From positions 54,599 to 118,598 of the forward strand of contig CAXHJY010000838.1 of assembly GCA_964016885.1 (NCBI GenBank): 64,000 bases of DNA, written 5' to 3'. How positions within the stretch are numbered: position 1 is the stretch's first letter; each line of letters begins with the position of its first letter. This stretch comes from Eledone cirrhosa (lineage: Eukaryota). Below are positions 1 through 12,197 of this stretch, piece after piece. The translations under genes and the position numbers were made by a program. Under the pieces are notes generated by a model. The model worked only from the letters and a program-made list of their open reading frames with translations, ran no database searches and was not told the origin of the DNA.

Positions 1-806
1 GCTGGTTTGAACAGAAAGAGGTGAGAGAATTCTGGCTGGATAGGGCTGGTTTGAACAGAAAGAGGTGAGAGAATTCTGGCTGGATAGGGCTGGTTTGAAC
101 AGAAAGAGGTGAGAGAATTCTGGCTGGATAGGGCTGGTTTGAACAGAAAGAGGTGAGAGAATTCTGGCTGGATAGGCTGGTTTGAACAGAAAGAGGTGAG
201 AGAATTCTGGCTGGATAGGGCTGGTTTGAACAGAAAGAGATGAGAGAATTCTGGCTGGTTAGGGCTGGTTAGGGCTGGTTTGAACAGAAAGAGGTGAGAG
301 AATTTTGGCTGGATAGGGCTGGTTTGAACAGAAAGAGGTGAGAGAATTCAAGCTGGATAGGGCTGGTTTGAACAGAAAGAGGTGAGAGAATTCTGGCTGG
401 ATAGGGCTGGTTTGAACAGAAAGAGGTGAGAGAATTCTGGCTGGATAGGGCTGGTTTGAACAGAAAGAGGTGAGAGAATTCAAGCTGGATAGGGCTGGTT
501 TGAACAGAAAGAGGTGAGAGAATTCTGGCTGGATAGGCTGGTTTGAACAGAAAGAGGTGAGAGAATTCTGGCTGGATAGGGCTGGTTTGAACAGAAAGAG
601 ATGAGAGAATTCTGGCTGCTTAGGGCTGGTTTGAACAGAAAGAGATGAGAGAATTCTGGCTGCTTAGGGCTGGTTTGAACAGAAAGAGGTGAGAGAATTT
701 TGGCTGGATAGGGCTGGTTTGAACAGAAAGAGGTGAGAGAATTCAAGCTGGAAAGGGCTGGTTTGAACAGAAAGAGGTGAGAGAATTCTGGCTGGATAGG
801 GCTGGT
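1..806 (+). repeat. 44-bp tandem satellite (~18 units, begins upstream of the window) derived from the subterminal part of a piggyBac-like MITE
   Basis: Unit GCTGGTTTGAACAGAAAGAGGTGAGAGAATTCTGGCTGGATAGG repeats with period 44 and runs into the MITE end TAAATGCTAAAGGG|TTAA (ends 821-825). A single copy of the unit occurs in intact MITEs at 5909-6113 and 19994-20205. Confidence 0.95.
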
Positions 807-890
807 TTAAATGCTAAAGGGTTAAGGAATATCTATGAAAAAACAGTACTGAAATATTTATATAAAATTGATGTATGTGTTGTCTTATAT

Positions 891-1064
891 AATAATTGTT
901 TCTACTTTTGGCACAAGGCCAGCAATTACCCAGTACATTACTGGTACTTTATTTTATCGACCCCGTAAGGATGAAAGGCAAAGTTAACCTCGGCGGGATT
1001 TGAACTCAGACCGTAAAGGGATGTAACTATGCTGGAAAGCATGGCGTCCGACTCTCTACTGATA
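891..1064 (-). mobile_element. tRNA-derived SINE (family S1)
   Basis: Reverse complement matches the full copy at 25477-25668 (B-box GAGTTCAAATCC, central CTTTCATCCTTACGGGGTCGATAAAATAAAGTACCAG, tail GTAGAAACAATTATT). Confidence 0.9.
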
Positions 1065-2378
1065 CAATAATGTTTTCATGTGTGTATGTTCACCACCTCC
1101 ATGGATTAGTAGCCACCTACATAGATATCTGTATGTTTCAGTTACATGATAGTACTTTACAGTATCTGTTTGTTTATGTAGTCAAGTAAGGTATTATTCC
1201 ATTGCATTATGCACGTGCAAATTATAATCTCTTGATAAATTGGCTGTGTGCCAAATTATCAGCAGCAGGCCTATGAGAACCCAAAAGAAATCCTAAGGAG
1301 GGCCAGTATAAGCAAACAGGTGGGTCGCAACATCTGTTTGAAATACCAAAGATATTGCTTTACTGTTGACATTGTTCTACACTGCTTCCACTGTGCCTCC
1401 ACAACAACTATAATTATAACAACAACTAAGTCGGTTGACTCCTTCCTTCTCTTAACCCGCCAACACACATTTCACCAGACTGTCTGTCAGGGGCTCCCTT
1501 ATGTAGCAATTTATATATGCATTCAGTAGCAGAAGCAGCACCTCGCTGCCAACAGAAATCTGATACATTAGGGTTAGGTAGATAAATATCCCAATTGAAG
1601 CAGACACTACAAGAAGCAGAAATGAATAAAGTTACAGCTTGTAAACTATAAATATGGACAACAATCACCTGTCTGCATACACAGAGCAAGTGGAAGTAGA
1701 TTGAAATAAAGAGAACTTCACTAAAGTTAATATATATATATATTTGAATCTAAAGAAAAATAAAGTAAATAAAATGGTAAGAAAAAAAAAGAGAGAAGAA
1801 TTTAAGAATGGTTTAAGTTATAGGGAGGGGGTAGGGAAAATGCTGAAATGTAACAGGAAATATGGAGAAGAAATATACAACAAAGTCAGCTGATGAGAGA
1901 TAGGGGTGGGGAGTATAGTGAATTAGTAAACAGGTAGAGAGAATTAATAGTGTGTAGGAGGTACTTAAGTAAAACTCATATCAATAGGATGAAAATAGCC
2001 TCAGGCTGTTTGATTAGTTAAGGACTAAGGGACTTGTATGAAACAGTGTAGCATAAATATACCACTAATTACCCATAGTTATGTTGAAATGGATCCAGAG
2101 TAGATCATTACACCCCTAGTAATGTAACCATCAGTTCAGAGTAGAACATCAGGACAAAAGCAGAACTGATAAACCTTTCCTGTCCACACTTCATGTTATT
2201 ATGAATATTGGAATTCCTAACATTTCAGCCCACTAACCCTAGCTTAGAAAGTCATCAGTGGCCTGTTAACCTACACACTCTCACAGAAATAGGTTTATAC
2301 AATATTTATCTTATAGCCATAAACTTTTACTGCATTTTAGATCTCATTTTAGATCTCACGTTAGATCCATAAATAGTC

Positions 2379-2581
2379 TTTAACGCCTTTTGTATTTACA
2401 TTACTCTATATATTACTATTATATTTTCATTTTATCTCACATAATATCTAACCTATGAGATTTTGATATGTATTTTGAGAACAAACACTTAAAATAAGTA
2501 TGAGCAGCTGGTTACGTCTGGTTTCAACAGAGGTGAGGGAATTCTTGTCGGATACTACCAGTTTAAATGCTAAAGAGGTAA
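2379..2581 (+). mobile_element. degenerate piggyBac-like MITE
   Basis: Internal sequence is similar to 5909-6113, with decayed TIRs (TTTAACGCCTTTTGTATTTAC ... TAAATGCTAAAGAGG). Confidence 0.75.
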
Positions 2582-3593
2582 GTTAGATTTCTTTTCAGCC
2601 AAACTGTTTTGGGGTTGGATTTTTTTTTTTGTCTTAATTATCATCTAAGAATCCTTTCTGTCTGTTAGTCTGTGTACAATCAAGTATAATGAGAATCGAG
2701 ACATGGTAGACTAATAAAGATCTATAGCAAATATAGGAACTTAGATTGGATAAAAAAACAGTAACGGGTGACTTTTAAACCAGTTATATCTATGTTCTCT
2801 CCTAAAACACCTTTCTTGAAAATAAAACGCAATATGTTTCTCTTTCTAATTCTTCCCTCCTCTCTCTCTCTATATATATATCTATCTATATATATCTTCC
2901 CATTTCTCTCTTTCTATTTCTTCAGCTCCTCTCTCTCTCCCCTTTCTCACTATCTATGTATCTCTTCCCATCTTCTCTCTCTCTTCCTCAGCAGCTAGGT
3001 TTGAAGAAGCTATACAAGAGGTTGCTCACACCAGCATACTAACACAGATCTGCACCAGAATGCTGAACAGGATATTATGAAAATAGAATAAGGATTTCCA
3101 ACTTTGGTGCACATCAACAAATTAGGTGGGAGACAAGCTATCTTAATCACCTCTACTTATTGAATGTTGTTCATCATATTGAGTATTATAGTAGAAGAGA
3201 TATATGAATGTCACATAATTGCTTTATTGTATAATATATATTTCTGTTACATTGTTATACATGTGACGTCATCAGGTGCTCATACAATCATATTTGCAGT
3301 TAAGCAATCATGGGGATATGTCGCTGGTCATGTATTTCCATCCTGCTGTGATGCCAGCAGACACACTCACACACACATATATATACACACACACACACAC
3401 AAAAATACATCTATCTTAAACAAGGGTCAGATTTAACTTTAGGGATGATCACGTTAGAGTCCCTTAAGATAAAGGAAACTGTATGCGTATTTTCGCAGAG
3501 GCAAAATTAACTATTACCTCCTAACTGCTGCTTTCACAGACTAAAAGGTCAACAAAAATCCATATATATTTATAATGGAAGAAAGAATATTAC

Positions 3594-3676
3594 CTGCAAA
3601 AAAAGTACAAGTCCAACTCCACAGATTCCTCTTCAGGGAGATTCTTCCTGGTGATGAAGCAATAGTAAAAAAAGTA
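3594..3676 (-). other. candidate small spliced exon (83 nt) of an unidentified host transcript
   Basis: On the minus strand: TATTTTTAGTATTTATTCAG acceptor, 83 nt of non-repetitive sequence with two open frames, then CAG|GTAAT donor. No recognisable protein motif. Confidence 0.25.
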
Positions 3677-3801
3677 CTGAATAAATACTAAAAATATCTG
3701 TTATATTTTGATGGAATATATCTATCATAAAATATGTCCTAATACTACAGGAACAATTGGAAACAGAAAAGCAATAAATTAGGGTCTGTATTGGGGGCAT
3801 T

Positions 3802-4118
3802 TATCCCGCCGAGGTTAACTTTGCCTTTCATCCTTACGGGGTCGATAAAATAAAGTACCAGTAATACACTGGGGAAATAGCTGGCCTGGTGCCAAAAGTA
3901 GAAACAATTATTAGATGTAGATAGGGTCATGGATTGGCAGTATTGGTAGAGGGTCTGACACCATGCTTTGCAGCAAAGAGTTACGGCCCTTTATGGTCCG
4001 AGTTCAAATTCCGCCGAGGTTCACTTTGTCTTTCATCCTTACAGGGTCGATAAAATAAAGTACCAGTAATACACTGGATAATTGCTGGCTGTGTGCCAAA
4101 AGTAGAAACAATTATTAT
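3802..4118 (+). mobile_element. two tandem S1 SINE copies (5'-truncated, then near full-length)
   Basis: Both carry CTTTCATCCTTAC(G/A)GGGTCGATAAAATA and the GTAGAAACAATTATT tail. The second has the A-box/B-box head GGATTGGCAGTATTGGTAGAG...GAGTTCAAAT. Confidence 0.9.
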
Positions 4119-4189
4119 ATGTACCACATGGTGAACCTGTAACACTATTAAAGCACTAATTTGTATTCTGTATTTTATTTTTACAGTCT

Positions 4190-4575
4190 GTAATAATTGT
4201 TTCTACGTTAAGAACAAGGCCAGCAATTTGAAAGGGAGGGGAAAGTCGATTAAACCGACCCCAGTGCATTACGGGTGCTTTATTTTATCGATGAAGGGCA
4301 AAGCTAACTTCGGCGGGATTTGAAGTAATTAGACCCATCTATAACATGCTAGAGTGAAAAATGGACGTTAAACGATGATGATGATAATGATGAATTTTGA
4401 CACAAGGCCAACAATTTGTGGGAAGAACCAGAATTTGACTGGTACTTTATTCTATCTCAGAAGGATGAAAGGCAAAGTTGACCATGGTGGGATTTCAATT
4501 CAGAATATAAAGAACCAGCACAAATACCATAACCACATTTTTTTATGCCTTACGTGATCTGCCAATTCACCACCT
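4190..4575 (-). mobile_element. cluster of diverged S1-related SINE fragments
   Basis: Repeated GATGAAAGGCAAAG(T/C)T-type and ACAAGGCCA(G/A)CAATTT motifs, plus an RTE-type tail GGACGTTAAACGATGATG at about 4362-4390. Confidence 0.7.
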
Positions 4576-5546
4576 TTTTATATTCTATAATGATATTAAT
4601 TTTTTATTAATGGATTTTACTGAAGGGAGATAGAACAGTAATACATAACATTAAATGTTACCTACTTTTAGTGAAACTAAGCCATGAGTCATGGTCTTAA
4701 CAGACTATGTTTTATGTTGCTTGAGAACCACACCGATAATTGACACCTGATTAGTAACCTTGAGCTAAGATTCAATATAAGACTAATTCTTACTTTTCTC
4801 TTTCAATGCCATACCTTACAGAAGCCTAACTGCTATTTATTTAATTTTAAATGAATTTTTTTCCTTTCCTCTCTCAATCACAAACAACACACAAAGTATG
4901 CACAGAGTTTTTAAAGGAAATAAGAAAAACATCATAGATTTATACTAGAAAGGTTTTAATCTTATATAAAAGGATGAAGAAAAAGGGCTCTTAGCTCCTA
5001 ATAGAGATATAGAGGCTCTGTGATGACACAGGATATGTCTTAGGTATATTAAATCTAGTGGAGCCCATCCTGTTTCAGGTTTGAAAACAGTAGATTTCTT
5101 CCAATGGAGAGAGAGAGAGAGAGCAAGAGAAAGTGATAAAGATAGAGGAAGAATCAACTCCAGTGCTGGAGTAGTTCTTCATTTATTATCCTCAAAAGTT
5201 GACCTTAGAAGAAATAATTTATAAAGATAAATATAATAACTTTCTTTTATAAAAATGAAAACAAACTTCCATAAGAGAGAGAATATGAAGTTGTGTGGTT
5301 TATGCCTTATCCAAGAGCGTTTAGCTACTAATCTATTAAGAAACAATACAGTAGTATTTTACAAGCCACAGGGAAATATTTGTTCAGGAATGATAACACA
5401 GTAATAAAAAGAAAACCTTCTTAATAGAGGAATTTATGCAGTGGAAAGAATTCAACGAGGCATAAATTGAAACACAAAGATGTCCATTCATAACATTTTT
5501 AGTTAACTAATGTTACTTCATGTTGTTTTCACAGCATTTCATGTGT

Positions 5547-5648
5547 TGAAATGCTTGAACATGTGTGTATATTGAAATGCTTGTACATGTGTATATATTG
5601 AAATGCTTGTACATGTGTATATATTGAAATGCTTGTACATGTGTATAT
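5547..5648 (+). repeat. 26-bp minisatellite, about 4 copies
   Basis: TGAAATGCTTGTACATGTGTATATAT repeated in tandem. Confidence 0.85.
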
Positions 5649-5908
5649 GGCAGACTATTATAACATATGGCACACTTGCCAATAGTTAATTTAGGCACAA
5701 GGTCAGCAATTTTTTGAGAGGGCAGGGAGGAAAGTCGATCAAATCCCCTCCAGTACTTTATTGGTACTTAATTTCATCGATCCTAGGAATGATGAAAGAT
5801 TTAAGTTGGCCTTGATAGAATTTGATGAAAGGAAAATTTGACCTAGGCAGGATTTGAACTCAGTATATAAAGGTTTCTAACAAATACATTTTGTCCAATG
5901 CTGTTTAA

Positions 5909-6113
5909 CCCTTTAGCATTTACATTACTATATATATACTATTGTATTTTCTCGGTAAAGGCTTTATCTCACATAATATCAAATCTATGAGATTTTGATA
6001 TTTATTTTGAGAAAAATACCTTAACATCAGTATGAGTAGCAAGTTATGGCTGGTTTGAACAGAAAGAGGTGAGTAAATTCTGATCAAATACAACTGGTTT
6101 AAATGCTAAAGGG
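5909..6113 (+). mobile_element. piggyBac-like non-autonomous MITE (~205 bp)
   Basis: TTAA on both sides; TIRs CCCTTTAGCATTTA ... TAAATGCTAAAGGG. Confidence 0.93.
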
Positions 6114-7329
6114 TTAATGATGCTGCTAATCAGATTCATCCCATTTTTAATTAGAGCTTTGAAATTTAAAAAAAAAACTGTGTCAGCAAAATTCTTTCAG
6201 CTTCCTGGGATCTTAGAGATAAAGCAACAATCAAACACTGGAATCAGTTTAATTGACTAATAATAGTGTCACCTGGGCTTCTTTAAATAAGAGACTATTG
6301 CTGAGAATCTCAAATGGATCTCTTTAAAGAGTGGATGGACAATGTGCACCCCTCCTTCCCTTACCACCTTAATATTCCAGTGAGGAGCAGCAAACCTCAG
6401 ATATTATTAGCTCTAAAATATTTAATGATGGATTAATTCCACAAATCCTATAAATAACATTGAATAAATGAAAGGAAGAGAAGGTGGTGGTCGTGGTGGT
6501 GGTGGTCGTGGTGGTGGTGGTCGTGGTGGTGGTGGAGAAGACGACTCTTGACATCCAACAAAGATTAAGGTTTCTAAAAAAATGTTAGTACATGGGCAAA
6601 TCGTTGTGAAAATTGCAGTATTAAAATAAAGAATTCAATTTCTAATGTGATGAAATCATAGCGCTGTACTGCTCATTACACTTTCTATAAATGTCTTGCT
6701 AATGTGGTTTCATGTGGTACAGAACATTAGGAGTCATATCAGACACAAAGCTTTACAATTGAAACTGTTTATTAAAATAAACAGATTTCAGATGATCTAA
6801 TGTAATAGAAAATTCAAGAATGAAATGAAATGAATACATGTTAAAATAATGTAATTGAGCTGAGATTGCATGAAAAATAGGACATCGAAAGAGAATAGAA
6901 CGAACCTACTTGACTTTTTAAAAGTGTATGCCAATACAATATTAGTGCAAGAAAGCAATTTCTCTAAGCACATCCTCTAAGTAAGTGACACATGCATTGA
7001 ATGAGATTGTCTTGCACCGATCTAGTAAACAGAGTTAATATAGCACACATTGGCCATGGCTCTAAATATTGCAGGATTTCAAGATAATAACCATTGTCTT
7101 GTCAGAGTTGAGAAAATGTTTTAATTTCTGTTCATAACTGAGACTTCACAGATACACACCTTGTATTAAAATAAAGTAGGGTTGATGCTAAAGTGACAAT
7201 GCTACCTTAATATATGTCAATTACTTTATCTTCACAGTTAGCTCTCAGTGATTAGCCTGTTGGAACTTTATTGTAGCACAAGTATGTAACAATGCTCACA
7301 AATATATTGTATATAATATGACTGGAGGC

Positions 7330-7972
7330 AGTAATGTTACAAACTGTGTTGTGTTACAAGGTGAGGAAGAATGGAGATGGCTGTGTTACAATGTAAGGGT
7401 GACTGCAATGAGCTGTGTTACATGTTGAGGACAGCTGAAGAGGGCTGTGTTACAGGGTGATGACAACTGGACAGAGCTGTGTTACAAGATGAGGACAATT
7501 GGCGTGAATTGTGTTTCAAAATGACAACAACTGGAGAGGAGGGGCCAAGGTTACAAACTGAAAACTGCTGAAGAGGGCTGTGTTACAGGATGAGGAGAGC
7601 TGGAGATGGTTGTGTTACAGGATGAGGAGAGCTGGAGATGGTTGTGTTACAGGGTGAGGAGAGCTGGAGATGACTGTGTTACAGGATGAGAACAGCTGGA
7701 GAGGGCTGTGTTACAGAATGAGAACTTCTGGAGAAGGCTGTGTTACAGGTTAGGACTGCAAAAGAGGGCTGTGTTACAGGGTTAGGACTGCAAAAGAGGG
7801 CTGTGTTACAGGGTTAGGACTGCAAAAGAGGGTTGTGTTACAAGCTGAGGACTGATGGAAAGGGCTGTTACAAGATGAGGACAACTGGAGAGTATTGTGT
7901 TACAGGGTGAGGACTTCTGGAAAGAGTTATGTTACAAGATGAGGACCCTTGGAGAGAGCTGTCTTACAAGCT
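7330..7972 (+). repeat. ~32-bp diverged minisatellite (~20 units) with conserved TGTGTTACA core
   Basis: Examples: GGGCTGTGTTACAGGGTTAGGACTGCAAAAGA x3 and TGTGTTACAGGATGAGGAGAGCTGGAGATGGT x3. Confidence 0.9.
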
Positions 7973-8852
7973 ACAATTTAAAATCCTCCAAACCTTTTCT
8001 GCCATGACTGTACCCCAACAAAATCACAAATATGAGAAAAAAAAATTAACAACTATAAGAAATAACCATGTATGATTCCAAATGAAGTAGTTGAGGTCCT
8101 GGTAATTCCATTGTTTTCTTTCCATTTTTTTAATAAAATTATATTTGGAAATCTTTGTCAAAATCCCATACATACCAATGAGTTTTCTTTCTTTAACATA
8201 TATTGCATACATCTGAATATAAGCTATTGTTGGTGGCAGCAAATCCACAAGTACCTTGTCATCTTTGCTCTGCTCTAATGATAGTAGATTTATAGCCCAG
8301 AACTCATCAAGGTCTTGTGATATACATCTGCTATATTCTGTACATTCAATACTACACTACTACACATTTTGTCATACCCAGTTAGATCTTGTTTCTTGCA
8401 ATGTGAGATTTAGATCATGTCGGATCTAGTTTCTGGTTGTTTGTTTTACTTATGTTTTGTTAAGATTAGTATTGTGGATGATTGAAGAAAGTAAATATTT
8501 GTAGACTCCATAAATTGTCATAACACCAACTAATCTAAGGGCCTGGTGATATTCCAGCCTTTGTTCTAATAGCATACACAAATGTTTAAACAAAACTTTA
8601 TAAAACAATTTTAAAAGTATTTTTCATGCAAGCAAGGAAAAGCATATGTATGATGATGATGATGATGATTTCAGTCCTAGAAAACTTTTGACAGTGTTGA
8701 AAAAGACAGTCATCACACCAATTTACAACACTTGCCATGTGCATACCTAAAATATTGGGACAAATAGTTTGTGTGAAAATTATTAGCTATCTGGAAATTA
8801 ATGTCTTTTTTGCAGAACTCAACATAGGTTTTACAGTTGATATTAAAAACTT

Positions 8853-9165
8853 GATAGCGTGTGTAGCTCGGAGATCAGAAATCACTCCAGGTAGAGCCGC
8901 TACTTCTATGAATTGAGAGATCACAGCTCCAATACTATGGGCATGGGGTTAGAATGTCTCAGGAAAGAATCACTGGACATATTTTACAAGCAAAACCAAC
9001 CGGCAGGAGACCCAGGGGCAGACCCGAAGCAAGATGGTTGGAAAACATTCATGAACTTGTTCGGTCTCACTTGTAAATGGTTGCTCCTACAGAACTTGCT
9101 GGAAGGAGTGTTTCAAGACTCTGCCCCCACAACCCTCTCAGAAATAACTGGGCAAAGAAGAAGAT
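8853..9165 (+). mobile_element. degenerate RTE-clade (Rex3/Expander-like) LINE 3' end
   Basis: Translates as QVEPLLL*IERSQLQYYGHGVRMSQERITGHILQAKPTGRRPRGRPEARW, a typical RTE C-terminus, with stops. Confidence 0.85.
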
Positions 9166-9469
9166 ATTAAACACATTATCTTCTGCATTATGGCAAGATA
9201 TTGTAGACATAATTATATTTTGTTGTGATTGCTTAGCAAATATATTCACAAAAAAAAAAAGACTAAATATTTTTAATGAGATAGTAGTTTAGCTTTTTAT
9301 CTAATAATCTAATAACAATTCTAGGCATACTGACTATCTTAGAATGTATAAGACAAAGATATGCCTTAACCTACATCTGGATGTTTAAGAACTAATTTTC
9401 AGTATACATCATCATCATCAAATAAAAGAACAGAAAGATATTGTCAAATTATGACAGCTTGATAAGTCT

Positions 9470-9745
9470 AAAGTCTGTCTTAAGCCAGAAGGCTCATTTG
9501 ACCAGTGCTTAACTTGGTCATGGTGTGAAGTGACTGGTAGTACAAGACTTCTCCCTGGACAGGACGCCAGTCACCACAGGGTTATTAAACCCCCAGCTAT
9601 TGCTGGTACTCATGTTCAGCTGAGTATACTGGAGCAACATGAAATGAAGTGTTTTGCTCACGAACACAACATGCAACCCAAGAATCGAACCCACGACATT
9701 ATGACCATAAGTCCAACACCCTTACCACTAGGTCACATACCTCCA
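9470..9745 (-). mobile_element. tRNA/CORE-type SINE
   Basis: Minus-strand head GGAGGTATGTGACCTAGTGGTAAGG...GGGTTCGATTC, then a GAGCAAAACACTTCATTTCA CORE-like segment and CCAGTATACTCAGCTG, as in the head of 22401-22745. Confidence 0.8.
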
Positions 9746-11055
9746 TAATAGTTTGACAAACACTGGATAATATTCGAAAATTATTATAAATAGCAATATT
9801 ATACAAGTTTTGTAAGACAGCTTTATCCAGATCTAATTTTAGGGTTCAATTCAACAATCTATGTGTTATGAAAATGTAGTACATTTAATATTTATTGTTA
9901 GCTAGCTTTTCAATACTTTTATATTTAAATTATCATTTCAAAATCTTTATTTCAGACAATACTGGAGATATATAAAGTATATACAGTATTTGATACCTAT
10001 TCAGAGAAAGTAGATAATAAAATAGATTATTGTTATTATTATTATTATTATTTCAGGATGATTGCACAATGCCATAGATCAGATTTAAGCGTTAGTACTA
10101 TAAAATTGACAGAACCAACAGCAATTAACATAACTCTCTTCATTAGGATAAAAATACAGAATAAAATATATTACTAAAAACTCCTTTTGAAATGACAAAA
10201 CGCTATACAAAAAGTACCATTAGCTTGGGCTATAGTTTGCTGTCTGAACAATTACTATCTTATTGGTTTGTTTTTGGGGTTTGTTTTTTCTTTTCTTTTG
10301 GCTTTTATTTTTTTCAGTGGGGTTTAAAAAAAAAAAAACTGGTTTGAAGTAATGGAGATGAATAAAAGGAGGAAAAAAAGAAGAAAAAAAAACCTATTTA
10401 AAAACATCTATATCATATCAAATTTGTTGCAAAAGCAGGTCTGTTAATGATGCTATATAGGATACCATAAGTATTTTGTTGGCATAGTATAATGATGGTG
10501 GTGGTGGTGATGATGGTGATAATAGTGATGATGATGATGATGATGGAGATGATGATAATGATGAGTCTCTTCATGATCATCCTATAGATGTGCATACATT
10601 ATCATCATTGTTATTATTCATAAGATATATACACATATACATACATACATGAACTCATTGATGAAATGAAGTAAATGAAAAAAAAAAAAATAATAATAAT
10701 ATTGATTTCTTTCATTGGCATAATGTCATAAATCTATACAAGGTAGTGTGTGTGTGGGGGGGGGGGGGGGTATAAAATCGATTGAATAAACTCCTGGAAG
10801 ATTGAAAGCAAAGTTGACTGTGGTAATATTTGAACTCCTAACATATAGAGTACTAACTAAGTACTGCAAGGTATTTAGTCCGATACTTATTCACTCTACC
10901 ATTCAGTGTAGTATGTGGTTTCTGATTGGGGTACAAGGCCAACAATTTGGAGGAGAGGGGGGCGGAGAAAGTCAATGAGATCGACCCAGTGCATTACTGG
11001 TACTTTATTTTATGTAAGAATGAAAGACAAAGCTAACCTCGGCAGAATTTAAATT

Positions 11056-11155
11056 CAGAGTGTCCCCCCAAAAATGTATACATACTTCAATAGCATTCTA
11101 ATAAATATTGCCTGTACAGGTAATCAAAGTCTATACAGTTTTTGGAGAAACCCTG
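11056..11155. mobile_element. ~100-bp Tc1/mariner-type MITE
   Basis: Same family as 52517-52616 (CAG(A/G)GTGTC...AAAAATGTATAC / ACCCTG|TA). Confidence 0.8.
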
Positions 11156-11257
11156 TATATGGTACTTATTTTTCTTAATCCCAGAAGGATGAGAGAACAA
11201 GTTGACACCAGCTGGATTTAAAATAGAAACAGGATATGTAAACTAAATATTCTAATA

Positions 11258-11600
11258 CAGAGGTTCTCAAACATTTTGCCCCCCCCCCCCCCCCCCCCCT
11301 ACGGTCACGTAATACCCTAAGCACCCTACCCTATTCCAGAGAGACCTACCTACATGCAAATCATAAATAATATATAATGAATAAAATCGTTTATATATAA
11401 TAAATAATATAATATATACTATGTATAAATAAATATTATATATTTTTTTTTACTATATTTATATATAATATGTATCATTTGATATTTAATATACTATTAT
11501 ATCATCACTATCACCACCACCCTAGCGCCGACTGGACCTTCTCAACGCCCCCCCCCCCCCCCCCTCAGAGTGCAGTTAACGCCCAGTTTGAGAACTTTTG
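11258..11600. mobile_element. hAT (Charlie-like) MITE with 8-bp TSD
   Basis: TIRs CAGAGGTTCTCAAAC ... GTTTGAGAACTTTTG; exact 8-bp TSD TTCTAATA at 11250-11257 and 11601-11608. Confidence 0.9.
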
Positions 11601-12009
11601 TTCTAATACCTTCACTCAATTGTTGAGTACCATTTCTGCAAATATGCTACGCAAATAGCTTAGCTGCAACAGAGTTTATGGATTTCAGTTCAGTAGTCCA
11701 TTATCAGCTTTGACAACATAGGACTCTCCACTCCAATTAAGTATTGCTCATACTGCCTCCAGCAGAGAGCTCTATCATCCAAGGATACCTATTTAAAGCT
11801 ACGTATATTTGACTAATGAAAGTCAAGTGTCTTGACTAATGATAAAGTACAGAGGCAGCAAAACATATACAAACCACTGACACTATCAAAACAACCAGCT
11901 GTAACTCACATCATAACTTAGAGTTTAAATAACAACATATAAAAGAACCAAATAAACTAGGTACATCTGAAGTGTTATAAAAAAAAAATCAAAATCTTTT
12001 AAGCAGTAA

Positions 12010-12197
12010 CCATCATCATCATCATCGTTTAACATCTATCTTCCACGCTAGCATGGGTTAGACTGGAGTTGTCCTACTTGAGGCAAGATTGGTCGAGCGA
12101 CCGTGTTTTGCTCGTATAGGACTATCTGGCTGGTTTTCTATGGCTGGATGCCCAACACGACTTCATTAGTTTGGACTGAATGTTGTGGTACCAACAT
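12010..12197 (-). mobile_element. RTE 3'-UTR fragment with (GAT)n tail
   Basis: CATCATCATCGTTTAAC...CTTCCACGCTAGCATGGGTTAGAC...GGCTGGATGCCC matches the RTE 3' ends at 23562 and 41233. Confidence 0.8.

Noticed and set aside
1-806. Regular 44-bp repeats resembling a CRISPR array
   Set aside because: Head-to-tail units with no unique spacers, no cas genes, eukaryotic context, and derived from a MITE.
7330-7972. Conserved core plus variable spacer pattern resembling CRISPR
   Set aside because: The spacers are homologous to each other and the core is only ~9 bp; this is a minisatellite.
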